This document shows, one piece after another, positions 23,536 through 35,700 of a stretch of DNA of 64,000 bases (the first letter of the stretch is position 1; the number at the start of each line of letters is the position of its first letter). Below the pieces are notes generated by a model that worked only from the letters and a program-made list of their open reading frames with translations, had not been told where the DNA came from and searched no databases. Made by a program: the position numbers and the translations under genes. The DNA comes from Lama glama (taxonomy: Eukaryota): contig CM052827.1 of the NCBI GenBank assembly GCA_028534125.1, forward strand, positions 34,100,001 through 34,164,000, read 5' to 3'.

Positions 23536-26291
23536 AGACACTGTGAGAGGAAGGAGATGGCTGGAAGGAGGTAACAGGGGTGTGGCTCCTAATTAAGCCT
23601 GGAGACCTTGGCCACATGAAGGTCAGTGGTGACCTTAGCCAGGGCCCTGTGGTAGAGTGATTGGATGGCTGGAAGCTGACTGGAGGCTTGAAGGACAGAG
23701 GAGTTGAGAGAACAGAGTGAATGTAAAAGTTTAAGCCATACCAGATGCGTTTTTAATGGTGTGAGAGATCTGAGCTTGTTTAGATCTGGAAGGGAAGGAG
23801 CTGCACAGACAGGAGTGCAGATACGTGGCCACTCAGGGTCCAGGGAGTGGGGTGAGGGGACTCAGGATATTGGCAGAAGGTCCCAAGAGGAGGGTGACTC
23901 TGCCATTGAACGAGGTTGAGGGTGGTACAGATGCAGTGCTGGGAGGCAGACTGGCTTCTACAGTCTCTGTGGAGGAAAATGTGGGCCATCTACCTTGAGA
24001 GCACACTGAGGGCAGGAGACAGATGATGTTTAAGATGCGGAGGTGGTCTTCCCACCCTCGGTGGGGAGCTCTATGGTGCTAAGTAGGGAGAACAAGTGGC
24101 CCGCCCGGTAGGGACAAGCCAAAGCCAACTGAACTGGTGAGCATGCATGCCTGGCAGCAGGGAATATCCACCCAACACTGGCTTCCCCGGCTTTGCTCCC
24201 AGCCGTGGAGGTGGGGGAGGGCGCCTCCAGGCTGGAGGTTGCTGGGCTTCCTCCAGGGCTGGGGAGCTGCCAGCTGGGCGGGACCATGAGATGGGCGGCC
24301 AAGAGAGCTGCGGATGTTGGCAGACAGTGCTTGAGTGATGGACCAGGGAACCTCAGCTGGGGAGGGAGGAGAATGAAGACAGAAGGGGCGGCAGAGGAGG
24401 AAGCAAGGTCCAGAGTCCTGCTGAGTCCGGAACCCGTGTCCCACAAGGGACTGAGAGTGGGCTGGGAGGCCTGAGGCTGTGGGTAGAGAGGGGGTGCCTG
24501 ACTCAGCGATATCAGGGGTGGAACAGTTCCAGGTGATGACATGGTCTTGGGCAGCCATCGATGGGGGTGGCTGAGGCAGAGAGCAGAGGAGCAGGTCACT
24601 GGAGATGACAAGGTCGTGGAACGAGCAGCCACAGGCTTAGACAGGCTGACACGTGGCTGCTGCGCACTTTCTGAGAGAGAGCAGGAGTGAGGGGATGGGT
24701 AGACTGTGAGCTACAATCGCCCGTGAATGGAAGGGGCGGGGAAGTGAAAGCCGGCCACAGAATAGCACTTGGCTGCTTCAAGCATGCTTGGTGCTTGCCG
24801 CCAACCTCCAGCAAAGAGCTGGCAGCTGTGTGGCCTCAGTCACGCTCAGAGCCCTCTCCAGTTTCATGGCCTGGCAGGCTAAGACCAAGTCGCTGAGGGC
24901 ACCAAGACAGGCCAGGGGCTGGCTGCACAGGCAGGTGGCCAAGTGGGCAGCAGGAGGGATGACATCTGCCCTCCAGTCACTGGCATAGGGCTGGCCTCCT
25001 CTGTCCAGCCTAGCTGGCAAGGCCAGAACATTCACCAGGAAGCTGAAGGAGCCTTGTGCAAACAAGATCAAGGCCGGGCTCTGGCAATAAACGGACTGCT
25101 TCCTGGTATGTCCTTCAGCTCTGGCCTTGGGGTAAGGGACACACAGGCCCAGGCTAGGGGTTGGCTGACAGACAGGTGCTACAGTGTGACCCCCGCCCCA
25201 GTGCAGCAGCAAGAGACATACTGCATCTGTGGCTTCTGCCCCAGCAGGACCATGTTGTTATGCTTTGACCGGGGCCAGGGCAATGTGATTATAGATCCAG
25301 CCAGGACAGCAGGGAGGCCCTTGGGAAGGAGGCCTGTGGCCAGGAGAGAGCCTGCTTCCTAGCCTGAGTCCTTCAGGTGTCCCAGCCTGTGGCCTCCGTC
25401 CAAATTCTGGTTGTAGCCCCTACCTGAGCAAGTGGATCTCAAGTAAATGGCTGCTCCTGGCTGGGGTGGGAAGCAGGCCAGGCAGCAGGCAACCAGCTCT
25501 ATCCCTGCAAGGATAAGTAGGGCAGGTGTGCCAGACCCCAAGGAGGAAGGTGGGGGTGCTGCCATCAGGGAGTGGTCAAAGCTAGACAATACCCAGTAGA
25601 GGACCCATAAACACTTCCCCACGACACACTCTCACACTCCAACAACGCAGAGCACGCTTGTGTAAGCCAGTCACGGTCATGCCTCTGTCCACTACCTCTG
25701 CAGGCCAGCCACCTTGGCAACAGCCAGCTCTTTGTCCACCAGGCCCTGGCTCATGGCTCCTGGGCCATGATGGCAGAAGGGGCCTCTCTACATCCGTGTT
25801 TCCATAGGCACACCTGGGAAGCAGAGATTGCCTCATTCAAGTGCCCGCCTCAGCCTCCAGGTCCCAGGGTTCTTTCCCCTGCTCAGCTTTTCCAGAAGGT
25901 TAGTGGAGGCAAGGCTGCACCCAAGGGTTAGACAGTGAGAAAGCTGGGAAGATAAGGGTCAAAAGTATGGGGGCCTGGCCCAGAACTGGGAAAGGCAGCC
26001 AGGTGTTCAGCACCCTCCTTGCCCCACTTCTCCCTGAGACCCAGGGGCCATGGTCAGAGATGACAGATGGGCCTCAGCCCAGACAGCGCCAAAGGGCCTG
26101 AGTGGTCCATCCCAAGAACTTAGCTCTTCAGAGCTCTGCCCACCCCCTGACCCCATCATGGGAGGTAGGGGCCTGATGAGTGTTCAGTGTGAGTGCTTTA
26201 GCGAGAATGAGGGAAAGGGCTCCTGTCATCCCTGGTCTCCCCACCCCAATCTCTGTAACACCAGAGGTGCAAGGAAAGGGGCTTCACCCAA

Positions 26292-26893
26292 TAAATGCTG
26301 GAGAGGGTGCAGAGAAAAGGGACCCCTCCCACACTGCTGGTGGGAATGTAAATTGGTGCGGCCACTATGGAGAACAGCATGGAAGTTCCTTAAAACATTA
26401 AAAATAGAGTTACCATATGATCCAGCATTCCCCCTTCTGGACATATATTCAGAAAAGATTAAAACTCTAATTCAAAAAGACACATGAACCTCAATTTTTA
26501 CAGAAGCATTATTTACAACAGTCAAGACATGGAAGCAACCTAAATGTTCATTTATCCAGATGAATAGATAAAGAAGACATAGTCTATACACACAATGGAA
26601 TACTACTCAGCCATAAAAAATAATGAAATGATGCCACTCATAGCAATGTGGATGGACCTAGAGATTATCATATAACTAAAGTCAGCCAGAGAAAGACAAA
26701 TATATGAAATCACTTACATGTGGAATCTAAACAATTATACAAATGAACTTATTTTCTAAACAGAAACAGACTCACAGACATAGAAAACAAGCTGATGGTT
26801 ACTAAAAGGGAAAGGTTGTGTGGAAGAATAAACTGGGATTTTGCAATGAACAGATACAAACTACTGTATATAAAATAGATAAACAACAACAAC
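26292..26893 (+). mobile_element. Truncated LINE-1 (ORF2 C-terminus plus part of the 3' UTR)
   Basis: Encodes NKCWRGCREKGPLPHCWWECKLVRPLWRTAWKFLKTLKIELPYDPAFPLLDIY (L1 ORF2 Cys-rich end); TSD AAAGGGG(G)CTTCA(C/T)CCAA at 26275-26291 and 26894-26911. Confidence 0.92.
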
Positions 26894-27098
26894 AAAGGGG
26901 GCTTCATCCAACACTACAGTGTGGGACACTCCTGCCTGCTCACCAGATTCCTGGTGGGCTGATGACCCCACTTTATGGGTGGTGGCCCAGAGGCCCAGGG
27001 TTGTTGAATGACCAGCCCATCCACACAACCTAGGAGAACCCTGAAGGCAGGGTAGCTGTTCTGCCCAGCAGGAGGAAAAGGCATCAGAGGGCGCTCAC

Positions 27099-27270
27099 GT
27101 AATGAAGTCCAGGAAGCTGGCGAGCGGCTCATAGGCATGGTTCCTCATGTGCCGGAACTCTACCACCATCTTCTCCTTGAGCCGGTCGTCAATGACGGAC
27201 ACTGTCAGCGGTGATGCCTCATTAGCCAGGAAGTTGCCATAGTCAGTGCTCTGCAGGTGCAGCTTCAGGT
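27099..27270 (-). CDS. ATP6V0D1: ATP6V0D1 coding exon 2
   Basis: [58 protein letters not shown]; 172 nt. Confidence 0.98.
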
Positions 27271-29309
27271 CTGAAACCCAAGGGTGGGAGTGAGAGCCAG
27301 TAGTGCTGAGCCTCTTCCCCAGGACCCTAAGTCCCCATCGGCCCCTGTTCCCCTGCAATTGTGTCCTGCTGCTACCCTGACCTGTCCCCACCGCAACCTC
27401 TCTGTTGGCTCAGAGCCCACTCCAGGGAAGTCAGGCCAAGGCCCTGGAGATGCCCCAGACCCCTGGGCCATGAGCCAGGACACTGGGCCCCAGAGTCCAA
27501 ATACAAGTAGAACCATTGTTCCCCCAAATGAGACAAGAACGTCTGGGAAACTCCAACCCAAGATGTCATTCACAACCCACAGCCTTTGAGGCTCTTCTGC
27601 ATGGTGGGCTCCAGGATGGCCCTAACTTAGAGCAGAATAAGACATGCTGCCTACCCTCAGGAGCCTCAGGGTTAGAGAAGCAAGCCATCATACTCCCAGG
27701 CAGAAACATGCATATGAAATGAAGGAGCTGTCCTGAGCCACTGGAGTAAAGTGGAGATGGCACCAAGATAAGACTGAAAGGATGAAAGGCAGGCCAGGCC
27801 AGGCAAAGGGCAGGGACAGGAAAGTACAAAGGAAACAGCTGGCATGACTGACAAGTGGCCTAGAGAGTAACTGAGTGGTGTGAAAGCTGGGAAGAAAGAC
27901 TGGCTTTTCTCTAGATTGACTGAAAGCAGGCAAACCAATCCCACGGGCTCTCCTGAGTTCTTAAGAGCAGGCGTGAGGAAAAAGGGAGGAGAGGGCAGAG
28001 CAGAAGGGCCCTGGGGAGGCAGGACAGGTGAGCCTCAGGGGGATCATGGCAACAACCTAACAGTCTCTCAGCTTTTGCCCACCCACCCCAGTCTATTCTC
28101 CACCCAGCAGTTAGAGTGGTCTTAAAACACCAGGCAGACTCCATCACTCATCTGCACATCCCCCTCAGGGCCTTTCCCTGTCCCCTTGTCTGGAGAGTGA
28201 TGAGCTCTCTTCAAATGTTCCTCTTCAGAGGCCTCTCCTGCAGCCCCACCCCTCTGTCCCTTCACTTGTGCCACTCTTCTTTGTAACACATCCCACGTGG
28301 CACACGTCACATAAACCACAATAGCAGGGACTTTGGGTCACTGCAGTACCCTAGAGCTTAGAACAGAGTATGTTCTGGTGCATTTTAACTAACTGTGTAA
28401 TGAATGAAAGACTGGGGAGAGTTGTGAAGATAGCAGGAGGGTTTACACCTGGATTTTCAAACAGGGTACACTGTGGTAGTGATGGCAGTGCCAAGAACAG
28501 TGGCTGAGGAGGGCCCTGCGTGTGCAAGTGCATGCATGTGTGTATTAAGGCTCAACAACGGAAGCTAGCTTCTGCTGATTGAGGACCGCATGCTTTCTGT
28601 CTCCTGGGAAGGCTGCTCAGAGAATGACAGGAAGGATCACATGTGTGAACATTTCCACAAGCACCTGTCCCACCACTTGGCTAAGGCATCCCCGAGCGTC
28701 TGTGGTCCATGCTATCCTGGGCTGAAAGGAAAAGTGGTCCATGCTATCCTGGTCAGAAAGGAAACATGAGTGGTGCACATCATTGCTCTACAGACTTAGG
28801 GGATCCCTGTGATGACCCTTCTCCTGTACCTCATCAGGAGAAGAATGCTCCCAGCTTGAAGTCAGCTGTGCCAAAGAAGAGATGGACGAATGTATGGGAA
28901 GGAGGGGTGTGCACACCACTGGGGTGGATACTTTCCATCTGGATCTCTTGGTGGCACCTGGGTGGCAGGTAGCATTGTGGCTCCTGGGGACTCAGAGTAG
29001 ATTTTAACCTCATGAGGCCTGCAGAAGGCTGTCATCATTTGCTGCTTTTACCATCACTCTACCATTCACACCTTTTTCCCCATGGCCACTCAAAAGAGGG
29101 ACAGAATAAAAGGTGGGGAAGGGAGAAGCCACCAGCCCCCTGCTCTGCCCCATAGAACCTGCTGTCTTTTTGCCCAGGAGGTGTGCGCACACCTATGTCC
29201 TTGCCCCAGGCTATCTGCCATGAGCCCCTGCCCTGGGCTCTGTTCCTCCCCATCCTCACTAGTCCAGCCAAGGACCACCTATGCCAGGAATAAGACATAG
29301 CTAAGAGAA

Positions 29310-29718
29310 GGTGCCTTTGCTCAGTAATACTCAAGTTGTTGCAATATTTGATTATGCATTTGGTTGTTACAGAAAAATCTGTAATTGTAATTGAAGGGTT
29401 TCCCTGTAACAGCATACGCCTGTATTTCTACCTCTAGTAATGGGTTTTATGTGCTAGATTTTAATATCTTTGACTCTGGATAAGTGCACAAGTTAAAAGA
29501 AAACAACAACATGGTTTACTTGCACAAAACTGATCAGTTTTGAGAGATCCTCAATGCCCCTGAAGTGATTTTTGTGGGTATGAAACAAATGGTGAGAATA
29601 TGAATTGTTCCCTCTTATTTTCACACTGAAATTAAGTCTACTTAATTTATCAAGTCATATTCATGCCTGGATTTTAATATACTTTTATCTATCAATAAAC
29701 ATTGTGAAACTTGAAAAA
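29310..29718 (+). pseudogene. Probable processed retrocopy of an mRNA 3' UTR end (parent not identified)
   Basis: Abrupt AT-rich island in a GC-rich intron; ends with AATAAA (29694-29699), 14 nt, then an A run (29714-29718). Confidence 0.55.
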
Positions 29719-32700
29719 GCAAGCAGGCAGGGAGTTCTGGCCTGGGAACAGCAGGTGCTCCAAGCGCCACTAGGGGAAGCCGCAGGGTGGACAGCCACTG
29801 AAAGCCCAGGTGGGGATGTGGTATTCTGGGTTAGATGGTCTGGCGCAACAGCTCTCAGCCCAAACCTGTCTGTTTATCCATCCAGCCACCACAGCCGGAA
29901 AAGAGCCCTTCTTAGGCGGTGAGACTCCTTCCTCTCCAGGTCATAGCCTGGGCCTGGAAGCTAGGCCAGGTGCATAGGGCAAAACCCAGTGCTCCTGGCA
30001 GGGCCCCTCATGCCAGTGGCCCCACTATTCTCTAGGACAGTGAGTTCTGGCCCTGGACTGCAGTCCAGCCTCCTGATTCCTACCCTCCAAAGCAGTCAGG
30101 GACCAGGCCCCCACAGGCACCCTTGCACATGCTGCTGGGAGGCTTCCCCAAGTGCTATGCAGTCACCTCCACTCTAGCCGCATAAGCTCTCCAGCAGTGG
30201 GGAACTTCTCTGTCCCAGCCTTGTCTTTGCTCCATGTGGTTTTCTCCCTGGGAAGGCTCGCTCCATGACTCCCTCACTGCCAAGCACCCTCCCCCCTCTT
30301 CAGCCCCCACCAACTCAATCTCACCTGGCACTGGTCAGGTGGAAGTCAGCACCCCCAAAAGGGGAGAACCAAGACCCACTCTAGCTAGAAACAGATGGGG
30401 CTCTGCTGAGTACCAAGCCCTATGCCAGGAGCAAACTGTGTGCTAGACCTCCCAGCCATTCCCATTTCACAGATTCAGAAAAGAGAAATCAGAAGGAACA
30501 TTAAACGTGTCCAAGAGTCCCACAGTGAAGCATAGAGGGGCCAGGATATGGATCAGGCCTCATGGATTCTCTCCATCCTCAGCTCTGGTCTCCACTCCTC
30601 CCCAGTCCTTTACATTTTTGACCACATTCTCCCACAACTCTCGGCCCAGGACGAGCCTTTCAGATATAGACCCTGCTGCGCATGCAGACTTAAGTCCCAG
30701 AAGAGCTGGTAGGTGGCAGAGCAGTGAGAGGGGCCAGAGCAGACCCCCTCCATAACCTTGGAGGCAGCCTGGACACTCACTGCCCACCTGACAGAGGCCC
30801 TAGGCTGTCATGACTCGTGGGCAAGCCCCTTTGGCATTACTTGTGGCATCAGCCATTCCTAGAGAAGCTCATGCATGTGAATGAGAGGGGCAAAGCTGAG
30901 GGGTGGGCTCTCCATTGCACGCCCCCCACTCCTGGGGCTTAGCATGGGCCTTAAAGCAAACATCCCTGTGCCTTGGCCGCTGAGTTTTGCTGACACTGCA
31001 TTTGGGGACTTGGCTGCTGGAATGCAGACGGCCGGGTGGTTTCTGCTGGCGTTTGTCGGATCAGAGCAAACCCGGGAGACTCTACTGAGAATCCCGCCCA
31101 AGGCCTGAGGAGTCTTCCTTACCAGAAAACTCATTTTTAAAAGCCCCCCAGTGACGATGTCAAAGGGCCACTGCAGACCACTTTCCCTGGCCACCCCCCA
31201 CTTCTCTCTGTGATCCAGGGAGCGGGGACAGCCCACCAGCCAAGAAGGCAACTTGGAAGCAACCAGACTAGCCAATCTCTCAGCTCGGACCACACAGGGC
31301 TTCTGAACCAGCTCTGACCCTGTTCAAGAAACCTGGCACCCAGGCCCAGCGGCTAGCCGCCCCAAGCACTTTACACAGTCCTCAGGCTGGAACACACCCA
31401 TTAGAAACCACCCCCCCCTCCAGTTTCCTGCTCTGAGAGATGCGGAGGAGGTGTGACTGGGGGTGGGCTCTGAGCACAGGAGGAGAGGCCTGGAACTTGT
31501 TGAGAGCTTCGTGGGAGACTCAGCCACCCAGCCCTGGCCCAGTCCCCGAGGGCAGCCAAGGACGCCAAGGACTCTGGGAAGGCAGGGGCTAATTCTGCTC
31601 TGCACCCTGAGCTCAGCAGCCTGAAAGCCTCGGTGATGGCCCCTGAGAGCCCCAGACGTGCTTGGGCTGAAGCATGAGTAGTGTTCTGGTTAGCACAGAC
31701 TCGGGGGACCGCTCTGGTCTACCCACAAGCCCAGCTGTCTACCCCAAATCCTCCCATCCATGGCCCGGCACCAGGAATGTCTGGCCAGTTTGGGATCTCT
31801 CACAGCAAAAGACTTCCTCAGAGGCTGGTTTCTCATGTCCAAGAAGATGCTGCTGCTGTCAGGAAGTTCTCTCTGCAGTCCGATGTAACTCCTCCTCAGA
31901 GGAAGCTGATCAACTCAATTTCCCAATGCCTCCAGCCTCCCCTAAGGACCTTGGACCTACTCCCTCAACCCCACCCAGGACCTTCTCAGATCTCTTCTGC
32001 TCCCCAGTGTTGCCTGTCCTGATGTTCTGGTGAGACTATCCCCTCAACTTCACCTCCCAGGGGCTGCCCAGCCCCCTCATCACTATGGTGCCCTTTTGCT
32101 GGCCTTCTCCTCACTTCTTGGCTTCTTGCTCCCAAGTCCTCTCTCCATACCGTCACCAGAGTGAAGTCCTCCAACTCCAACATGTCGCTGTCACTTTCAC
32201 CCAGTGGCCCCCAAGGCCCCAGAGCTGGAGAGCTGGAGCCTGGCCTCCTAGCACAGCCTGTGAGGCCCCAGTCCCACACCCTCAGTCCTAGAACTGCCTC
32301 AGCCTTAGCCCTTGACTTTGCTCTACTGGTACTATCCTCTGGCTAGGGCAACCTGCCTGTGATCTCTGCCCCAAGTGGATCCTCCAGGGAAGTCCACGGG
32401 AAGCCCTTGAAGTCCAGAAAACAGGGCTGCTTCCTCAGGCTCAGCCAGAGAGGCTGGGTTGGGAGGGCACCCCTGTCCACCTAGAGGTTGCCTGTGTCAA
32501 AGGCCATTGCCCCAGCCCCAGCAGGATCCAGCTAAGCTCTGTGAAGGTGCGTGGGCAGGCTGCAGCCAGACACCATCTGGCATGGCTGTTCCTCCCAGGG
32601 CTCACAGGGCCGCACCAGACTCAAGCTGGCCCCACAGCTTCCACCTGTCCCTCCACAGCCTGCCTACCCCCAACCCAGGTCTTCTGGGCCAGGACCCCTC

Positions 32701-35700
32701 AGCAGCAGAGCCATGGCCCCTACTAGCACCTCTGATTACCACCCTTGCTCCTGATTAGCAGGTAGGCATGGGGACCCCTAGCCTGTCCAACGCTCTCTCC
32801 TCTCTGTGGGACAAAGTGTGGGTTTGGCAGCCAGCTCCAGCCAGGACTTGAGAGGTGGCAGCTGGGCAGCCCTGCCTCCCATCCAGTTTCTGAAACCTTT
32901 CTCAGATCCTGGCAGCCCTGGAAGTGATCTTTCAGCCCCTCCAGGGCTCCCAAGGGCAGATAGCACGTGGCCTCTGCAGTCCCTTCCCAAGGTCCCCAGG
33001 GAGGCAGAAAGGGAAGATCTCAGTCCATGCCAGGGGTTGGTCCCATGCTGCCCCAGGGGACCAGCAGGCACAGAGGCAGCCCCTGGCACAGTACACTAGG
33101 CAGGGCAGCCCCCTGCTCTAGACTCACCCATGGCCTCATGGCCCACAGAGGGGCCCTGCTGGCCAGCTGGCCACGGCAGAGCGTGAGAGGACACTGTGTT
33201 CCCAGACTTCACTTCTGCTTTTCCAGAGGTCACTCAACGACGCTCTCCTGGGGAGCTCAGGGGTTTTCAGGAATTGAGGCTGATGAGTGAAACCAGATGT
33301 GAAAATATGCTCCCTAGAGCCTAGCGTGCCCATCCTGCCACTCCCTGAGGGGTGGTGGAGCCTTGGAGCCTGTTCTACCACTTCCCTGGGCCCAGGTGAA
33401 GGGGCTGCTTTGAAGGGCCTGGATCTGGGCTCTATGTCCAGTGCTCGTTCAGCTCCAGAGCCTCTCCAGTGCTGTATCATCCAGGGGCTCCAAGCAGGGA
33501 AGCTTAGACAGATGGATAGCTATGGACAGATGGCCAGGATGGTGGCCCAATGGAGTCAGAAACCCCCCTCTCCGCTCAGCAAATGTACTGTATCTGAGTC
33601 TCCCCCCAGCCTCTGGGAGTGGAGGAGACCTCTTCCTCATATCAGCTCCAAAGCAGATGTGTACACTGGCCGGCTGGCTCTGCAGGGTCACAGTGCCACA
33701 TCTGGAACTCCCAGCGTGGGAGCCACAGCATGGAAACCGTTAACCCTGGGTTTACCTGGGGTCTGCAGCACAGACTAAGCATCCTTCTCACCTCCAGGCC
33801 TCTGCCAGGGCCCATCACAGGCTCCCTGCAAACTTCATGTAACTATCTAACCCTGGGTTCCAACTCTTCCTATCAAATGCCAGCTCTTCCTCTCCTCCTG
33901 CAGGTGCCACCTGGCATTCCCCATCCAGACCCTTGGCATTGCCCCCTCCCCAAACTGAGGCGTCTATGGCCTCTTGCCAGCCCAGTACAAGTCCACCCAT
34001 CACCCATCAGTTGGTCCATGCAGAGCCACAGCCCCCATCTGCAGCCCCATTTGCCAGATTACTGGTTTCAGAACATGGCTCTTTAGGTGGCTGAGTGGAG
34101 CAGGGGAGAGAGAGACCCTGGGCTTTGGGGCCACCGTGACCCCGGTTCAAATCCTATCCCATGGCTTGGCCCTAAGCAGCTTGTAGAATCTCTGGACTCA
34201 GGCCCCTGGCCAGTAACCTGATTAAAGGGTCTGCAATACCAGCTTTCCAGGGTACTCACCACAGATACGGAACAGAGGAAGGGTTATATGGAGAAAACTG
34301 AGCACAGCACACCAGTCTCTCTCTCCTGGCAGAGAGGGTCCCACCAGAGCCTCCCAACTGACAGGCTCAGCCCCAATCAGGCGGTCTGTGTTCTGACTCC
34401 AGGCTGTTGCTCAGGCTGTCCTACTCAGCGCTCCACAGGGTGCCCCTGCCCTTCCTTCCCATGGCCCTGATCCTTCTACCCGGGCTCCACATGTCCTCTC
34501 CCCACATCACAAAGGCTGCAGAGGCCCCTGTGCAGCACAGGCACGCACACACACACAGGCCCCACTCTGCTACCTCCTGGGGAAGGACAAACAGAGCTGG
34601 CTCAAAATCTGGGACTCCTGTCCTCAGGCCCATGTCTCACGTCACCTACCAGCAGGATCATAGACAGCTGCTGCACAGCCAGGCCCCAGGGAAAGGAACA
34701 GAGGCTAGGACCCAGCTCTGCACCACCTACCACCCAGTGAGCTGCTTCCCTGGGGCCCGCGGGAGCAGGCAGGAGGTGGTGCAGCCAAGGGCAGCTCTTG
34801 CTCCATGGGAAGCCCCTGGGCTGGCGAGCCAGCAGTCTCGGGAAGAACCTGGAGTCTACTGCTGGCACAGCCATATGCAAGTTACTGGGTTTCAGCTGGC
34901 ATGAAACAGAGATTCTGCAGGGAAAGGACAGCAAGTTCTCCTTCCTCAGTCCCTAGACTGGCATTTTATTTCACACTGGAGGCCTTTCAGTGAGGTGTGG
35001 CATTCCCAGAAGGGGGATGGGGCTGATCCCCAGAGGTGACCCAGTTGACACCAGGGTCGGTGGCACCATCCAGCAGGTACAGGGATCTGATAAGCGGGAG
35101 TGTCACGCCCCTTATCTAGGAGGCAGCAGGATGTCTGACTCAGGTTTACCACCCTTCTCCATGCTCCAAGACAGGTGGCAGGTGGTAGCAGAAGCACATT
35201 TAATTACCCTCATGCTCTCAGAAACACCTCATCTCCATGGCTCGGAGAATGAATACATCACTCACAGCCCATGAGGAAATCAGTTCAGCCAATGATCAGG
35301 AGGGTGCCAGGCAGGTGACGGTCCCATGTGCCAAAGGGAGGGGCAGAACTAGTTACTGCTGCACCCAGGGCAAGTTCTAAGAAGCTCTCCTCTGACTGGG
35401 TGGAGAAGGAGACCTGCCTGGATAGCCCCTCCCCAGGACATCCCCACCCAGGGCCCGAGGGCTCCACGGGACTGGCATGTCCCTCAGGAGATGTAGGGCT
35501 TGGAGGGCAGCTTCCCTTGTTCCCCTGCTGCAGCCCAGGTTGAGAATCAAGTGAGCCAGCCTCACCCTGGGAGGCAGGGCCACACCTCTGCTGCTGCCTT
35601 GTACTTTAACCTTAAGCAAGCTCTCTCTTCTCCAGGTTTGCGACCATAGCTATAGCGCCTGCAGGATGGAGTGGATCTGGGGCTGCAAGGGAAGAGCTTT

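Noticed and set aside
24030-24632. 200-aa Ser/Pro-rich ORF in ATP6V0D1 intron 2
   Set aside because: No ATG start, no recognisable domain, and composition typical of GC-rich non-coding DNA.
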